Shown here: piece after piece, positions 19,361 to 28,531 of the stretch
How positions within the stretch are numbered: position 1 is the first letter of the stretch
Layout of the letters: each line of letters begins with the position of its first letter
Source: Thermodesulfobacteriota bacterium
GTDB taxonomy: Bacteria > Desulfobacterota_D > UBA1144 > Nemesobacterales > UBA2774
NCBI GenBank assembly: GCA_965216785.1
Contig: OZ244197.1
Span: forward strand, 2,272,001 to 2,336,000
Reading direction: 5' to 3'
DNA length: 64,000 nt
Program-made: the position numbers and the translations under genes
Notes under the pieces: generated by a model
What the model saw: the letters and a program-made list of their open reading frames with translations, nothing else
What the model was told of the DNA's origin: nothing
Database searches by the model: none

Positions 19361-20872
19361 ATGCTCCTAAAACGCGCCCTCGGGCTCATCCTCTTCCTAC
19401 TGCTCATGTTGTCGCAACTGCCCGCGAAAAGCGCGCTCGCACTCGACACCATTAACCTCGGTCCGCTCTTTTACATGGAAAAAGACAGTGAGAAAGGGAC
19501 AAAGTCCATAGACGCGCTCGGTCCCTTTATAAGCTTTAAGAAGGGGGAGCACGAAAAGGAGTACGGGTTCCGCCCCATATTCTATAACTACAGAAACTAC
19601 GAAAAGGACAGGACCTCTTTTGATTTCCTTTACCCTCTCTCCACCCACAGGACCTTTGAGGGGGATACAAAGTTTCAGATGCTTATGTATATATTCTTCT
19701 ACCGAAGCGACCTCCGTCCTTCGGGGTTCGTTGAAAAGGATTTTACATTCTTCCCCTTCGTATTCTCAAAGCGCGCCGAAGACCCGGAGCAGAGCTACTT
19801 CGCATTATTCCCGCTTGGAGGAAAACTCAAACATAAATACGGTAAGGACGAAATAAGCTTTTTCCTTTTCCCGCTTTTCATGCAGACAAAAAAAGATGGT
19901 GTAACCAATAACAATTTCATCTGGCCGTTCATTGGCGCCTACCACGGAGAGGGCGTCAGAGGAGGGCGCCTCTGGCCCATATACGGCAAAAGGTACAAGC
20001 CCGACACATTTTCTGAATCGTTTGCTCTATGGCCGATATTTCTGAACCGCGAGATCGAGTTCATGGGCTATCAGGCGCAGATGAAAGCCGTAATGCCGTT
20101 TTACTACGGAGTGGATTTCCCGGGCCGTAGACAAAGGACTTATCTCTGGCCGTTCTTCAACACTATAGAAAATACGGAGAGGGGTTTTAAGCGCTGGGAC
20201 ATGCCGTGGTTCTTTGTCAGTATTAGTAGGGGCAGCGTTCACACAAACAGGTTTTGGCCCCTTTACTCAAAGCGAAGGGAAAAGGATTACGAGACCGGTT
20301 TTTTACTGTGGCCGCTGTATCAGTACAAGTTCGCGGACCTTGAAACCTACCGCCGGGAAAGGCGCACGTTCGTGCTATTTCTCTATAAAGATATAAAAGA
20401 CAAGCCCATCAAGGAGGGCGGGAAGAGCGGGAGAGCCATTCACTTCTGGCCGCTATTCAGCTACAAGAGCAAGACAGACGGCCCGGCGCATTTTCACCTC
20501 ATTTCCCCGCTCGAGACTTTCCTTCCGGAAAACCCGCCAAGAGAGCGCAACTGGGCCCCGTTCTGGCGCATATTCAACTGGGAGCGTGATGAAGAGGGTA
20601 ACGAATTCTCCTCTTTTCTTTGGAATACGCTCAGGACGGAGCATACGAAAGAGAGCACAAAGATCGAGCTAAGGCCCATTATTCCGCTCATATCCATAGA
20701 GAGCGGCGCGGCGCGCTCAAACTTCAGTTTACTTGGAGGATTTTTGGGTTACCGCCGTAATAATTCGACTAAAACATTAAGGTTTCTATATATTCCGGTT
20801 AATATTTCTGGTGGAGGCTCGCCCCCAGCAAACGCGAGCACAGCCGAAACAATGATACTGGGAGACGTCTGA
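19361..20872 (+). CDS. Secreted aromatic-Pro repeat protein of unknown function, adjacent to mlaEFD
   Basis: Signal peptide; about 20 LWP/FFP/LFP-type motifs; 3 nt gap to mlaE. Confidence 0.75.
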   Translation: MLLKRALGLILFLLLMLSQLPAKSALALDTINLGPLFYMEKDSEKGTKSIDALGPFISFKKGEHEKEYGFRPIFYNYRNYEKDRTSFDFLYPLSTHRTFEGDTKFQMLMYIFFYRSDLRPSGFVEKDFTFFPFVFSKRAEDPEQSYFALFPLGGKLKHKYGKDEISFFLFPLFMQTKKDGVTNNNFIWPFIGAYHGEGVRGGRLWPIYGKRYKPDTFSESFALWPIFLNREIEFMGYQAQMKAVMPFYYGVDFPGRRQRTYLWPFFNTIENTERGFKRWDMPWFFVSISRGSVHTNRFWPLYSKRREKDYETGFLLWPLYQYKFADLETYRRERRTFVLFLYKDIKDKPIKEGGKSGRAIHFWPLFSYKSKTDGPAHFHLISPLETFLPENPPRERNWAPFWRIFNWERDEEGNEFSSFLWNTLRTEHTKESTKIELRPIIPLISIESGAARSNFSLLGGFLGYRRNNSTKTLRFLYIPVNISGGGSPPANASTAETMILGDV

Positions 20873-20875
20873 GCA

Positions 20876-21643
20876 ATGAACACTGTAACGCACTTTTTTA
20901 AGGTCACCGGCGGGCTCGTTGGACTCCTTGTTGAGACCCTGTACTGGTGCAAGTCCGCTTTGTCCAACAGCGACAAGGTGCTGCAGCAGCTCCTCGTAAT
21001 CGGCTATCAGACACTTCCCGTAGGCGCTCTCATAGCGCTATTCTCAGGCGGGGTGCTGGCGCTACAGGCGGGTCCCGCGCTTGCGCAGTTCGGCGTGGAA
21101 GAAAACGTCGGAGGTCTCGTAGGTCTCTCAATCGTAAAAGAAATAGGCCCCGTGATGGCCGCTATACTTGTCGCCGGCAGGGTAGGCTCGGCCATGACTG
21201 CCGAGATATCCTCCATGAGCGTCTACGAGGAGATCGACGCACTTAAGACGATGGATATCAACCCTATCCGTTACCTCGTCATGCCGAGGTTTATAGCAAC
21301 GGTAATTGCTCTTCCCATACTCGTAATCTATATGGACGTCATAGGCTGGTTCGGGGGCGCGCTGGTATCCGCCGTAAACCCGGAAGTTAAGCTGTCTGTA
21401 GATATTTATTACCACAATTTGGCCCAGTTCGTAGATTTCACAGCCGTTGTGAACGGGCTTGTTAAAGCCATGATTTTCGGCGTTATAATCTCCATAGTCT
21501 GCTGCTACGTGGGGCTGAAGACCACAGGCGGCCCAAGGGAGATAGGGCGCTCGGTTACAAAAGCTGTAGTGCTCTCGTTTGTACTGGTTTTGGTGTTCGA
21601 TTACTACGTCACCAGGGTTTTGTTATTCTTAAATTTAGATTAG
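20876..21643 (+). CDS. mlaE: MlaE family ABC permease
   Basis: EIGPVMAAILVAGRVGSAMTAEI...EEIDAL signature. Confidence 0.92.
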   Translation: MNTVTHFFKVTGGLVGLLVETLYWCKSALSNSDKVLQQLLVIGYQTLPVGALIALFSGGVLALQAGPALAQFGVEENVGGLVGLSIVKEIGPVMAAILVAGRVGSAMTAEISSMSVYEEIDALKTMDINPIRYLVMPRFIATVIALPILVIYMDVIGWFGGALVSAVNPEVKLSVDIYYHNLAQFVDFTAVVNGLVKAMIFGVIISIVCCYVGLKTTGGPREIGRSVTKAVVLSFVLVLVFDYYVTRVLLFLNLD

Positions 21644-21658
21644 ACTATTTGATGGATT

Positions 21659-22495
21659 ATGGAGCGTAAACTGGATAACGAAAACGCAGCTAACGGAAGG
21701 CTCGGAAGCGTACTCGAGGGCAGGGAAAAATGCACCGGCAGCGTGCTTTTGGATTACCTTAAATGCGCCCCGGCGGGAGTGTGCATTAAAGACCTCCGCA
21801 GGTCTTTCGGCAGCCACTTGGTATTAAAAGGGATAAACCTAGACATTGACCCGGGGGAGATTGTTGTGATCCTGGGCAAGAGCGGCGCCGGCAAGAGCGT
21901 GCTGTTGCGCCACATCATCGGGCTTGAGGACCCGGATGCCGGCTCCATCAAAGTCGCGGGCGAAGACATACACGAGCCGGATTTCAGCAAGCACCACGTG
22001 CTGGCTATGGTGTTTCAGTCCTCAGCCCTATTCAATTCGCTTACAGTGGGGGAAAACGTAGGGCTTTATCTAAGGGAGCACAAGGTCATTGATGACGACA
22101 AACGAATAAACGAAATAGTCTCAAGCGCGCTCGAGCTCGTCGGGCTTGGGGGAAAAGAAGAAGTCATGCCCTCTGTCCTCTCAGGAGGAATGAAGCGCAG
22201 GGTCGCTACCGCGAGAGCGCTAGTCATGAATCCCGACATCATCCTTTTCGATGAGCCCACTTCAGGGCTCGATCCCATGATGACGCGCACCATAGGCGAT
22301 CTTATCTGCGATCTGAAATCCCAGGTGGAAATAACGCAAATAGTCGTTACGCACGACATAGACCTTGCTTTCTACGTAGCGGACAAGATTGCTGTCCTTA
22401 GCGAGGGCAGAATACTCCAGGTCGGTAGTTCGGATGAAATACGCAATTCAAGGGACGCGGCGGTACGGGAGTTTATCGCTCCACAGTTCGATTGA
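21659..22495 (+). CDS. mlaF: MlaF family ABC ATPase
   Basis: GKSGAGKS, LSGGMKRR, DEPTSGLDP; exact start uncertain. Confidence 0.9.
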   Translation: MERKLDNENAANGRLGSVLEGREKCTGSVLLDYLKCAPAGVCIKDLRRSFGSHLVLKGINLDIDPGEIVVILGKSGAGKSVLLRHIIGLEDPDAGSIKVAGEDIHEPDFSKHHVLAMVFQSSALFNSLTVGENVGLYLREHKVIDDDKRINEIVSSALELVGLGGKEEVMPSVLSGGMKRRVATARALVMNPDIILFDEPTSGLDPMMTRTIGDLICDLKSQVEITQIVVTHDIDLAFYVADKIAVLSEGRILQVGSSDEIRNSRDAAVREFIAPQFD

Positions 22496-22560
22496 TGGTT
22501 CGAGCAGTTAGCCCGGAGGGCTTAATAGTTATTACTTACAAACTTAAGGAGGCATATTGA

Positions 22561-23553
22561 ATGGGCGCTCAGGTAAAAGTCGGAATATTTTTCGTAGTCG
22601 GTCTTGTCATACTCCTTGCGGTGTTTGACTTTGTGGGCGACGTGCCTTTCTTTAAAAACGAGATCAAGGTGAAAACGTACTTTAACTCCGTTGCCGAGCT
22701 TAGCGAAGGGGCCATGGTAAAGCTCGAGGGCTTTGAGATCGGAAGGGTTAAGAGCGTTAAAATCGCGGACAGAAATATTGAAGTCGTGATGAATATTGAA
22801 AAGGACAGCGGCGTGCGCGCGGATTCCGAAGCGAGCATCCGTCTTACGTCACTACTTGGAGCAAGCTATATTAATCTCACTTTCGGCACCGCCGACAGCC
22901 CTCTCGCGCAGGACGGAGCGGTGCTCCCGAGCGTTGAGCCTGCCGACATAAACGACATAATGGTAAAGGTCGATTCCGCCGTGAGCTCTTTGGATAACGC
23001 CTTGGGCGGGCTGGATATATTCGGCGATAATAAAGAGCAGGTCTCAAGCATTGTCAAAAACCTCGATCTACTTCTTTCAGGGCTCGAAAGCGGGGAGGGC
23101 ACTCTCGGTAAGCTTTTTAAAGACGACTCTCTGTACTCTGACGTTACCGGGGCGTTCGCCAATATCAACGAAATCACAGACTCCCTTAAAGAAGGCAAAG
23201 GCACTCTCGGGAAACTTCTATACGACGATTCGCTCTACAACGACACAAAAACGGCGCTTTCAAATTTCGGCAGTCTTACAGAGAAGCTAAACACCTCAAA
23301 CGGCACCATCGGCAAGCTGTTAAACGACGATACTCTGTATAACGAAGCCACAGGGGCGGCCACAAAGCTAAACCAGATACTTGAGAAAATAAACTCCGGC
23401 CAGGGCACCCTGGGCCAGCTCGTAAACGACGACTCCCTTTATCTTGACGCTAAGGATACGCTCCTTAAAGTGGACAAGAGCATCGACACCCTGGACGATC
23501 TTGCGCCTCTTGGAGTATTCGGAACGGCGCTTGGGGTAGTTACACTCTTCTAA
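22561..23553 (+). CDS. mlaD: MlaD/MCE protein with long repetitive helical extension
   Basis: N-terminal TM, MCE domain, four G/SxGT(L/I)GxLxxDDxLY repeats at 34-aa period. Confidence 0.88.
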   Translation: MGAQVKVGIFFVVGLVILLAVFDFVGDVPFFKNEIKVKTYFNSVAELSEGAMVKLEGFEIGRVKSVKIADRNIEVVMNIEKDSGVRADSEASIRLTSLLGASYINLTFGTADSPLAQDGAVLPSVEPADINDIMVKVDSAVSSLDNALGGLDIFGDNKEQVSSIVKNLDLLLSGLESGEGTLGKLFKDDSLYSDVTGAFANINEITDSLKEGKGTLGKLLYDDSLYNDTKTALSNFGSLTEKLNTSNGTIGKLLNDDTLYNEATGAATKLNQILEKINSGQGTLGQLVNDDSLYLDAKDTLLKVDKSIDTLDDLAPLGVFGTALGVVTLF

Positions 23554-23713
23554 TTAATCCCCGTTACATTTATTGGGTTATCACACTCTCCGGCAGGGGT
23601 GTGGACGGGTTCTAATCTTAAGTCCGCTTAGATCTCTTCTGCCGTCTTGGCAGAGTCCTTGTAAACTAAGTTTTTTGCGCAGCATATATTCTTTGCATTT
23701 GCGTATAAATCTA

Positions 23714-23756
23714 TTGACATTCTAGGGATTATCGTATTTATTTATATCCTAGAATG
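23714..23756 (+). promoter_or_regulatory. TTGACA -35 box overlapped by an inverted repeat (putative operator)
   Basis: CATTCTAGG (23718-23726) and CCTAGAATG (23748-23756); TTGACA at 23714. Confidence 0.45.
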
Positions 23757-23976
23757 ACATTTCCCATGCCAAATATTACAAAAGCAATATTCACAAACCC
23801 TCTAATACCTGTTATATTATTAGGTGATACGGCGTTATGCGCGCGCGGCTCAAAGCAGACGGTGAATTTTCTTCGCAGTATTAGATATATGTAAGCTGTT
23901 GCAATATAATTAGTTAGGATTCAGCAAGCAGTCGGGTGTAAAACACAATATAATTAAGGAGCGAGGAGATAATAAC

Positions 23977-24897
23977 ATGGGACTTAACAAAGACTTTATC
24001 GGACGCGAATTTGAGCCTCTTGAGCATGTTGTCAGCACAGAGGACATCATTGACTACGCATGGGCCATCGGCGCCCGTAATCTGAGTTATTTTAACTATA
24101 ACGGCGCGTTTGCCTACAACCACGAGTCAGTTGTGGGAATGGCACCACCCAGCTACGCCGTAACGTACGAGCTTCCGATTCTTGAGGAGCTTTGGAGCGA
24201 CCCGGATCTTCACGGCGGACCAGAGCAGGCAAGGCAGAACGTGCTCATGCTGGTTCACGGCGATCAGAACATGAAGTTCTACAAGCCCATAAGGCCGGGC
24301 GATAAGCTCACATACAGGACCAAAATTTCAGCGATTGAAGACAAAGGCAGCGGTGAGCTCCTTAGGATTAACGTTCTTACCACAAATGGAAACGGTGAAA
24401 AAGTAGTGGAGTCCGACTGGGGCCTTTTTATCAGGGGCATCGGAAGCGGCCAAAAACCACAGAAATCGGCTAACGGAAGTAACGGCAGTAAGCCAAAGGC
24501 TCCGCCGGAGCCTCCGGAGCTTGCTTTCAGAGACGTAATCAGAGTGCCCGAGGACATAACATACCGTTATTCTAAAGCCTCAAACGACATGAACCCCATT
24601 CACATCGACCCGGAAGTCGCCAAGGAAGCAGGTCTTAGCGGCATCATCGTGCACGGTCTCTGCACCATGTCTATGACCATGCGCGCCATCATCGAGAGCT
24701 ACCTCGACAGCGACCCTGCAAGGTTAAAATCACTTGGCGTCAGGTTCACGGCCCCCGTATATCCGGGCGACGTGATTATCGTGGACGGCTGGGAAAAAGA
24801 GGAGCTAAACGGAAACATGGTGCTCGGCTTCGATGTCACCCGTAAGTCGGACGGCGTTAAGGTAATAAAAGGCGGAAGTGCTGAAGTTTCCATATAA
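23977..24897 (+). CDS. Double hot-dog (R)-specific enoyl-CoA hydratase (MaoC/MFE-2 type)
   Basis: LVHGDQ in first domain; YSKASNDMNPIHID...IVHGLCT hydratase-2 motif. Confidence 0.87.
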   Translation: MGLNKDFIGREFEPLEHVVSTEDIIDYAWAIGARNLSYFNYNGAFAYNHESVVGMAPPSYAVTYELPILEELWSDPDLHGGPEQARQNVLMLVHGDQNMKFYKPIRPGDKLTYRTKISAIEDKGSGELLRINVLTTNGNGEKVVESDWGLFIRGIGSGQKPQKSANGSNGSKPKAPPEPPELAFRDVIRVPEDITYRYSKASNDMNPIHIDPEVAKEAGLSGIIVHGLCTMSMTMRAIIESYLDSDPARLKSLGVRFTAPVYPGDVIIVDGWEKEELNGNMVLGFDVTRKSDGVKVIKGGSAEVSI

Positions 24898-24930
24898 TAT
24901 CGAGAATAAACGCTAAAAGGATAGGAAAGG

Positions 24931-24966
24931 GAGCGGTAACTCAGGCTGAGTTATCGCTCTTTTTTT
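24931..24966 (+). terminator. Intrinsic terminator
   Basis: GAGCGGTAACTC/GAGTTATCGCTC hairpin followed by T-run. Confidence 0.85.
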
Positions 24967-24969
24967 ATG

Positions 24970-25890
24970 TCAGACTTCAAGACTCTCAAGAAGTTTAGGC
25001 ACGGCCTTTTTTAAGTAGAAGACAAAATCCTTTATGTGTTTGTGACGCTCAGTGTATTTGTTCCAGACAACCTCGTATACCAGACGGACAGGCTCTCCGG
25101 AATTATCGTGAAGCTCCTTTGCCCTGCCGCGCAGCACTGTAAGCTTGCCTTTGGGTAGTATCGCAGAGCCTATTCCAAGCTCGGCCCACTCCTCGATTAT
25201 CCCGTAAGTCTGCGCTTTGCCCCTGTACTCAATGAGCTCCGCTCCGTTATTTCTGAACACGTTTCTCGTAGCTTCCGCAAGCCCGCATACCTCGGGCCCC
25301 ATTACAAAAGTATCTCCGTCAAGCTCCTCTACCCTTACCGAGCCCTTTTCATGCGAGCCGCTGGGCTCTTCTTCCCTTGGGATATAATAAAGACTCTCTT
25401 TGTAAAAGGGTATCTTTCGGTACATCTGCTTCTGATCTGTTTTAAGAGTGAATATAAAGTCCAGGTTCTCAGACTCAAGCCGGGTCAGAAGGTCCTCTCT
25501 CCCGCACTCTTTGAAAACAAAATCTATATTTGGGTTAGAGCGCATGTATGGGTCGATCATGGTTTTGACCAGTTGAAACTTTATAAGCGTAGATACCCCG
25601 AACCTGAGTATCTTGTGCTCGGGGTTCATGTACAGCTCTATCGCGCTCCTAAGGTCGTTCCTTGATTCCAGGAGCTCATTTATGTGAGATAAAATGTGCT
25701 CGCCGAAAGAGGTTAGGGCGACAGTCCTTGTCGTGCGCTTAAACACCGGAGCGCCAGCCTCTATCTCAAACTGGGCGACTGCGTTTGACAGGGTTGGCTG
25801 GCTCACCCCGCACGCCTGCGCGGCCTTACTGAACGAGCTCAGCTCAGCGACTGCTTTTATATATTCCATTTGTGTTAGGTTCAGATTCAT
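24970..25890 (-). CDS. LysR family regulator (OxyR-like N-terminus)
   Basis: SFSKAAQACGVSQPTLS HTH, FKRTTRTVALT. Confidence 0.9.
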   Translation of the reverse strand: MNLNLTQMEYIKAVAELSSFSKAAQACGVSQPTLSNAVAQFEIEAGAPVFKRTTRTVALTSFGEHILSHINELLESRNDLRSAIELYMNPEHKILRFGVSTLIKFQLVKTMIDPYMRSNPNIDFVFKECGREDLLTRLESENLDFIFTLKTDQKQMYRKIPFYKESLYYIPREEEPSGSHEKGSVRVEELDGDTFVMGPEVCGLAEATRNVFRNNGAELIEYRGKAQTYGIIEEWAELGIGSAILPKGKLTVLRGRAKELHDNSGEPVRLVYEVVWNKYTERHKHIKDFVFYLKKAVPKLLESLEV

Positions 25891-25894
25891 ATTT

Positions 25895-25939
25895 ATAGTC
25901 TTTAGCTATAATACATATTTACATATTACATTTTACTAT
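25895..25939. promoter_or_regulatory. Putative LysR binding sites
   Basis: ATAG-N7-CTAT at 25895-25909 and ATTA-N7-CTAT at 25925-25939 in the divergent promoter. Confidence 0.6.
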
Positions 25940-25998
25940 AAATCTACACACCTTTATCCTATTTTACAAATAAATTCTCATACACGGAGGAAGTTACA

Positions 25999-26574
25999 AT
26001 GATTAGAGAAGGAATGAGCATTGAGTTTCGCGCGTTTACGGTTTCGCTCTTCATTTTGAGCGCTTTTGTGTTATTCCAGGCAGGTTTTGTTAATGCGGAA
26101 GAAAAGGGCGGACAACTCACCGACGCCATGATAATCGCGATCTTCGATAACGCCAACACGGCAGACATCGTCACAGGGCAGCTTGGGGTCGCGAAGGGGA
26201 ATTCCGAGGAAGTGCGGGCTCTTGGGAAAATGGTGGTCACAGACCACATGGCGGTACAACAGATGGGTAGGGACCTTGCTAATAAACTCGGCGTATTCCC
26301 CGACCCCCCTCCCGGAGACCAGTCTATTCAGCAATTAGCTGAAACCGTTACGATGCTCCAGTCAAAGTCAGGGGAAGAGTTCGATAAAGCTTATCTCCTG
26401 CACGAGATCCAGTTCCATCAATCCGTCATCGACGCGATCAACGAGGTAATTCTACCTTCGACGCAAAATGAGGAGCTCAAGGCTCTGATTATAAAAGTAA
26501 GCCCGGGTTTTAAGGGTCACCTGGAGGCGACCAAAGCCGCTGCCAGAAAGCTTGGGTATTACGAAGGGGATTAA
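25999..26574 (+). CDS. DUF4142 family periplasmic protein
   Basis: Signal peptide; MVVTDH, EFDKAYL, HLEA motifs. Confidence 0.82.
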   Translation: MIREGMSIEFRAFTVSLFILSAFVLFQAGFVNAEEKGGQLTDAMIIAIFDNANTADIVTGQLGVAKGNSEEVRALGKMVVTDHMAVQQMGRDLANKLGVFPDPPPGDQSIQQLAETVTMLQSKSGEEFDKAYLLHEIQFHQSVIDAINEVILPSTQNEELKALIIKVSPGFKGHLEATKAAARKLGYYEGD

Positions 26575-26608
26575 GCCGCAGCCAATAATAAAGTTCTTGG
26601 TATTCTGA

Positions 26609-26645
26609 GCGGGGAGTTTGGTTTAATGGTCAGGCTCCCCGTTTT
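26609..26645 (+). terminator. Hairpin/terminator between convergent genes
   Basis: GCGGGGAGTTTG...CAGGCTCCCCGTTTT. Confidence 0.65.
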
Positions 26646-26673
26646 GCTGTAGAGGCTGTTGTACTAATGCTCT

Positions 26674-28362
26674 TTAGACAGTATTCAGACTGAGCTCCAG
26701 ATCACTTGCCGCCGCACTTGCTTCAAGATCGGGGAATATCTCGTTCTCTATCAGATCTGTCACGAGCGACAGCGCTTTCTTGTCCCTTGCGGATATCAGG
26801 GGGGCGTTGTATACCCTGGAAAGTCTTAACGCCTCGTCTTTAGGGGCCTTATCTTCCTTATTCAGCACGATTAACTCTTTTATACCGTCATAGCCTGTGT
26901 TCTCTAGTATCTTCTGTACGCTCTCGATACGCTCCTCCACCATTGGATCGCTCGCATCAGCCACGTGCAGTAGCAGTGAAGAGGCCCCAAGCTCCTCAAG
27001 AGTTGCCCTAAAAGCGTTCACAAGCTCTTTTGGCAGGTCGCTGATAAACCCCACTGTGTCCGTTACAAGTATCTCTCTTCCGGATGGCAGTCTCAATTTT
27101 CTCGTAGTCGGCACAAGGGTAGAGAACAGCTTGTTCCTCACTGTAACGCCGCTTTTTGTGAGCGCGTTAAACAGGGTAGATTTCCCAACGTTCGTATAGC
27201 CGATAAAGGTCACTGTGGGTATGCCGGTCTCACGTCTCTTTTTCCTTGTATGTTCTCTTCGCCGGCTAAGGTGAGTGATCTGCTTCTCTAATTGATCTAT
27301 CTGCTTTCTGGCGGTTCTTCTCTCTTCCTCTAGCTTTTTCTCACCGGGGCCTCTGGTACCGATTCCGCCCCCGAGCTGCGAGAGCTCGATTCCCCGTCCG
27401 ACAAACCTCGGCAGGTTATAGCGAAGCTGCGCCAGTTTTACCTGCAGCTTTCCTTCGCTCGTAGTTGCGTGGCGCGCGAATATCTCAAGTATTAGCTGTG
27501 TCCTGTCCATGACCTCAAGGTTGGTCGCGTCTGTGATGGATTTCACCTGCGCCGGTGTAAGCTCGACGTCGAATATTATTTTCTCCGCCCCGGCGTGCTT
27601 TGCGCTCAGTATTACCTCGTTTAGTTTTCCTTTACCTATAAGATAGCGGGGGTCGATCTCTTTTCTCGTCTGAAGCGTTGTGCCCAGCACCGCTTTATTC
27701 GCGGACTTAGCCAGAGACTCAAGCTCGGCTAGCGACTCTTCTGCCTCGGTGCGAAGCCTTGTGGAAAACCCGACGAGCAGTACCCCCTCTTTATTCCTTT
27801 CCCCTCCGTGCTCATAATAGCTCCTCTCGAGCCCGTGCTCTATGTCCGCTATCAGCTCGTCACAGTAAACGTCCACACGGCCTAAATCGTTGTATTTTAA
27901 TACTTCCCATTTCTTTTCATCAGTGTCGCTTCCGTTTCTCGGCAATATGTGCGCAAGCTCAAACTTCCCCGGAGCACCGTTTTGCCCGACTTCAATAAGC
28001 CCCAGCAAATCGAGCCTTTCGTTGAGCAGCGACACCAGATCAGGCTGGCTCAGGCTCCCGTTCTTAAGGTGGGTATGCACAATCCTGTAACCCCTCAGCC
28101 TGAACTTGCTCTCCCTTGATCTCCCCAAAAGCTCATCGTACGGAAACTCGTGAGCGTCCCCGAGGAACACAACGCGCACCTTCCCCTTTCTGTCGATAAG
28201 CAGCGTAATGCCCTTTTTAATTTCGTGTGATAACCGCGTTAGCGTCCTGGCTAATTCTAGAGTGATTATTTCTTTAGGGGGGATTTTCCTTCTGTAAAGC
28301 CTTTCGAGACTGCCAATTTCCGACCTGCTCAGACCCGATGTCTTACCTTGAATTTTTGGTAT
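26674..28362 (-). CDS. hflX: GTPase HflX, long form, probable ATA start
   Basis: GYTNVGKS, DTVG, NKED; frame extends 61 codons above the track start (IPKIQGKTSGLSRSEIGSLERLYRRKIP...) to ATA 7 nt after GGAGG. Confidence 0.9.
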   Translation of the reverse strand: MPKIQGKTSGLSRSEIGSLERLYRRKIPPKEIITLELARTLTRLSHEIKKGITLLIDRKGKVRVVFLGDAHEFPYDELLGRSRESKFRLRGYRIVHTHLKNGSLSQPDLVSLLNERLDLLGLIEVGQNGAPGKFELAHILPRNGSDTDEKKWEVLKYNDLGRVDVYCDELIADIEHGLERSYYEHGGERNKEGVLLVGFSTRLRTEAEESLAELESLAKSANKAVLGTTLQTRKEIDPRYLIGKGKLNEVILSAKHAGAEKIIFDVELTPAQVKSITDATNLEVMDRTQLILEIFARHATTSEGKLQVKLAQLRYNLPRFVGRGIELSQLGGGIGTRGPGEKKLEEERRTARKQIDQLEKQITHLSRRREHTRKKRRETGIPTVTFIGYTNVGKSTLFNALTKSGVTVRNKLFSTLVPTTRKLRLPSGREILVTDTVGFISDLPKELVNAFRATLEELGASSLLLHVADASDPMVEERIESVQKILENTGYDGIKELIVLNKEDKAPKDEALRLSRVYNAPLISARDKKALSLVTDLIENEIFPDLEASAAASDLELSLNTV

Positions 28363-28531
28363 GCTTACGCCTCCCGTGCTAAATAGTCTATATTATTATA
28401 ATATCAATTGAATCTACTCAGTCAAGGGAATTTATGTGGTCTTCATAATCACGAATATCGATCTTTTACAGCTACTTCATCATAAGAGAATCTCCTTTAC
28501 CTGCTGAAGCAACCCATTATACTAAGTCTCA

